The translations under genes were made by a program, and so were the position numbers. Below, in pieces: positions 63,685 through 64,000 of a stretch of 64,000 nucleotides of DNA. Source of the stretch: Takakia lepidozioides (taxonomy: Eukaryota > Plantae > Bryophyta). The stretch spans positions 20,522,001 to 20,586,000 of the forward strand of contig CM060734.1 in the NCBI GenBank assembly GCA_030704615.1, given 5' to 3'. The notes under the pieces were generated by a model. It searched no databases. It was not told where the DNA came from and saw only the letters and a list, made by a program, of their open reading frames with translations. Numbering within the stretch: the stretch's first letter is position 1; each line of letters begins with the position of its first letter.

Positions 63685-64000
63685 TGATACGGAAATGGTG
63701 AAAAGAGGAGAAACCACTCTATCACGTTATATAAGTCAAGCCAATGGCACCTTTGCTAAAGGACTCCACCATACAGACCTCACCCACTCTCCATCTCAAG
63801 TACTAGAGCTATGGCGGCGAGAGAGGCCTCGGGAGGCTCGACTAGAAGAAGACGAGCCTGCCTACGTCTCACGTGGAGATAACCTCCCCACGTCCCAAGT
63901 GAGGTTCGTCACCTCACTTGGCACATGGAACCAAATGAAGTCCCAATGCCAACAAAATACAAATATAAATGTATAATGTCATAATTAGCTAGAAATAACT
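63685..64000 (-). repeat. 5' terminal repeat A1 of copy D
   Basis: 63685-63910 is nearly identical to 54545-54770. Confidence 0.9.

Overview
Eukaryotic, repeat-rich DNA, most consistent with a non-seed land plant such as a bryophyte (inference). Host genes are one intact three-exon R2R3-MYB (MIXTA/subgroup-9-like) gene and a BOR boron-transporter pseudogene. The window is dominated by an unusual Ty3/Gypsy-type retrotransposon family: one full-length copy at 38394-49393 (+), two large degenerate copies (7245-18247 - and 54459-64000 -) and two fragments (2044-2546 +, 53481-54458 -). Its polyprotein reads Gag(2x CCHC)-protease-DNMT3-like cytosine-5 methyltransferase-RT-RNase H-DDE integrase-PHD finger. 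Instead of two equal LTRs the family has split direct repeats (A...B-A-B), yet it has TG..CA ends and a 4-bp target-site duplication. Its primer-binding site is complementary to the loop of a hairpin in its own terminal repeat, with compensatory changes in three divergent copies, which suggests self-priming. Also present: a canonical tRNA-Met-primed Gypsy 5' end, an intron-containing pseudogene with a ParB/Srx-like motif and a beta-class amino-methyltransferase-like domain, two nested TTAA-flanked piggyBac-like elements and a CACTA-like terminus. All calls come from reading the sequence; no database searches were run.
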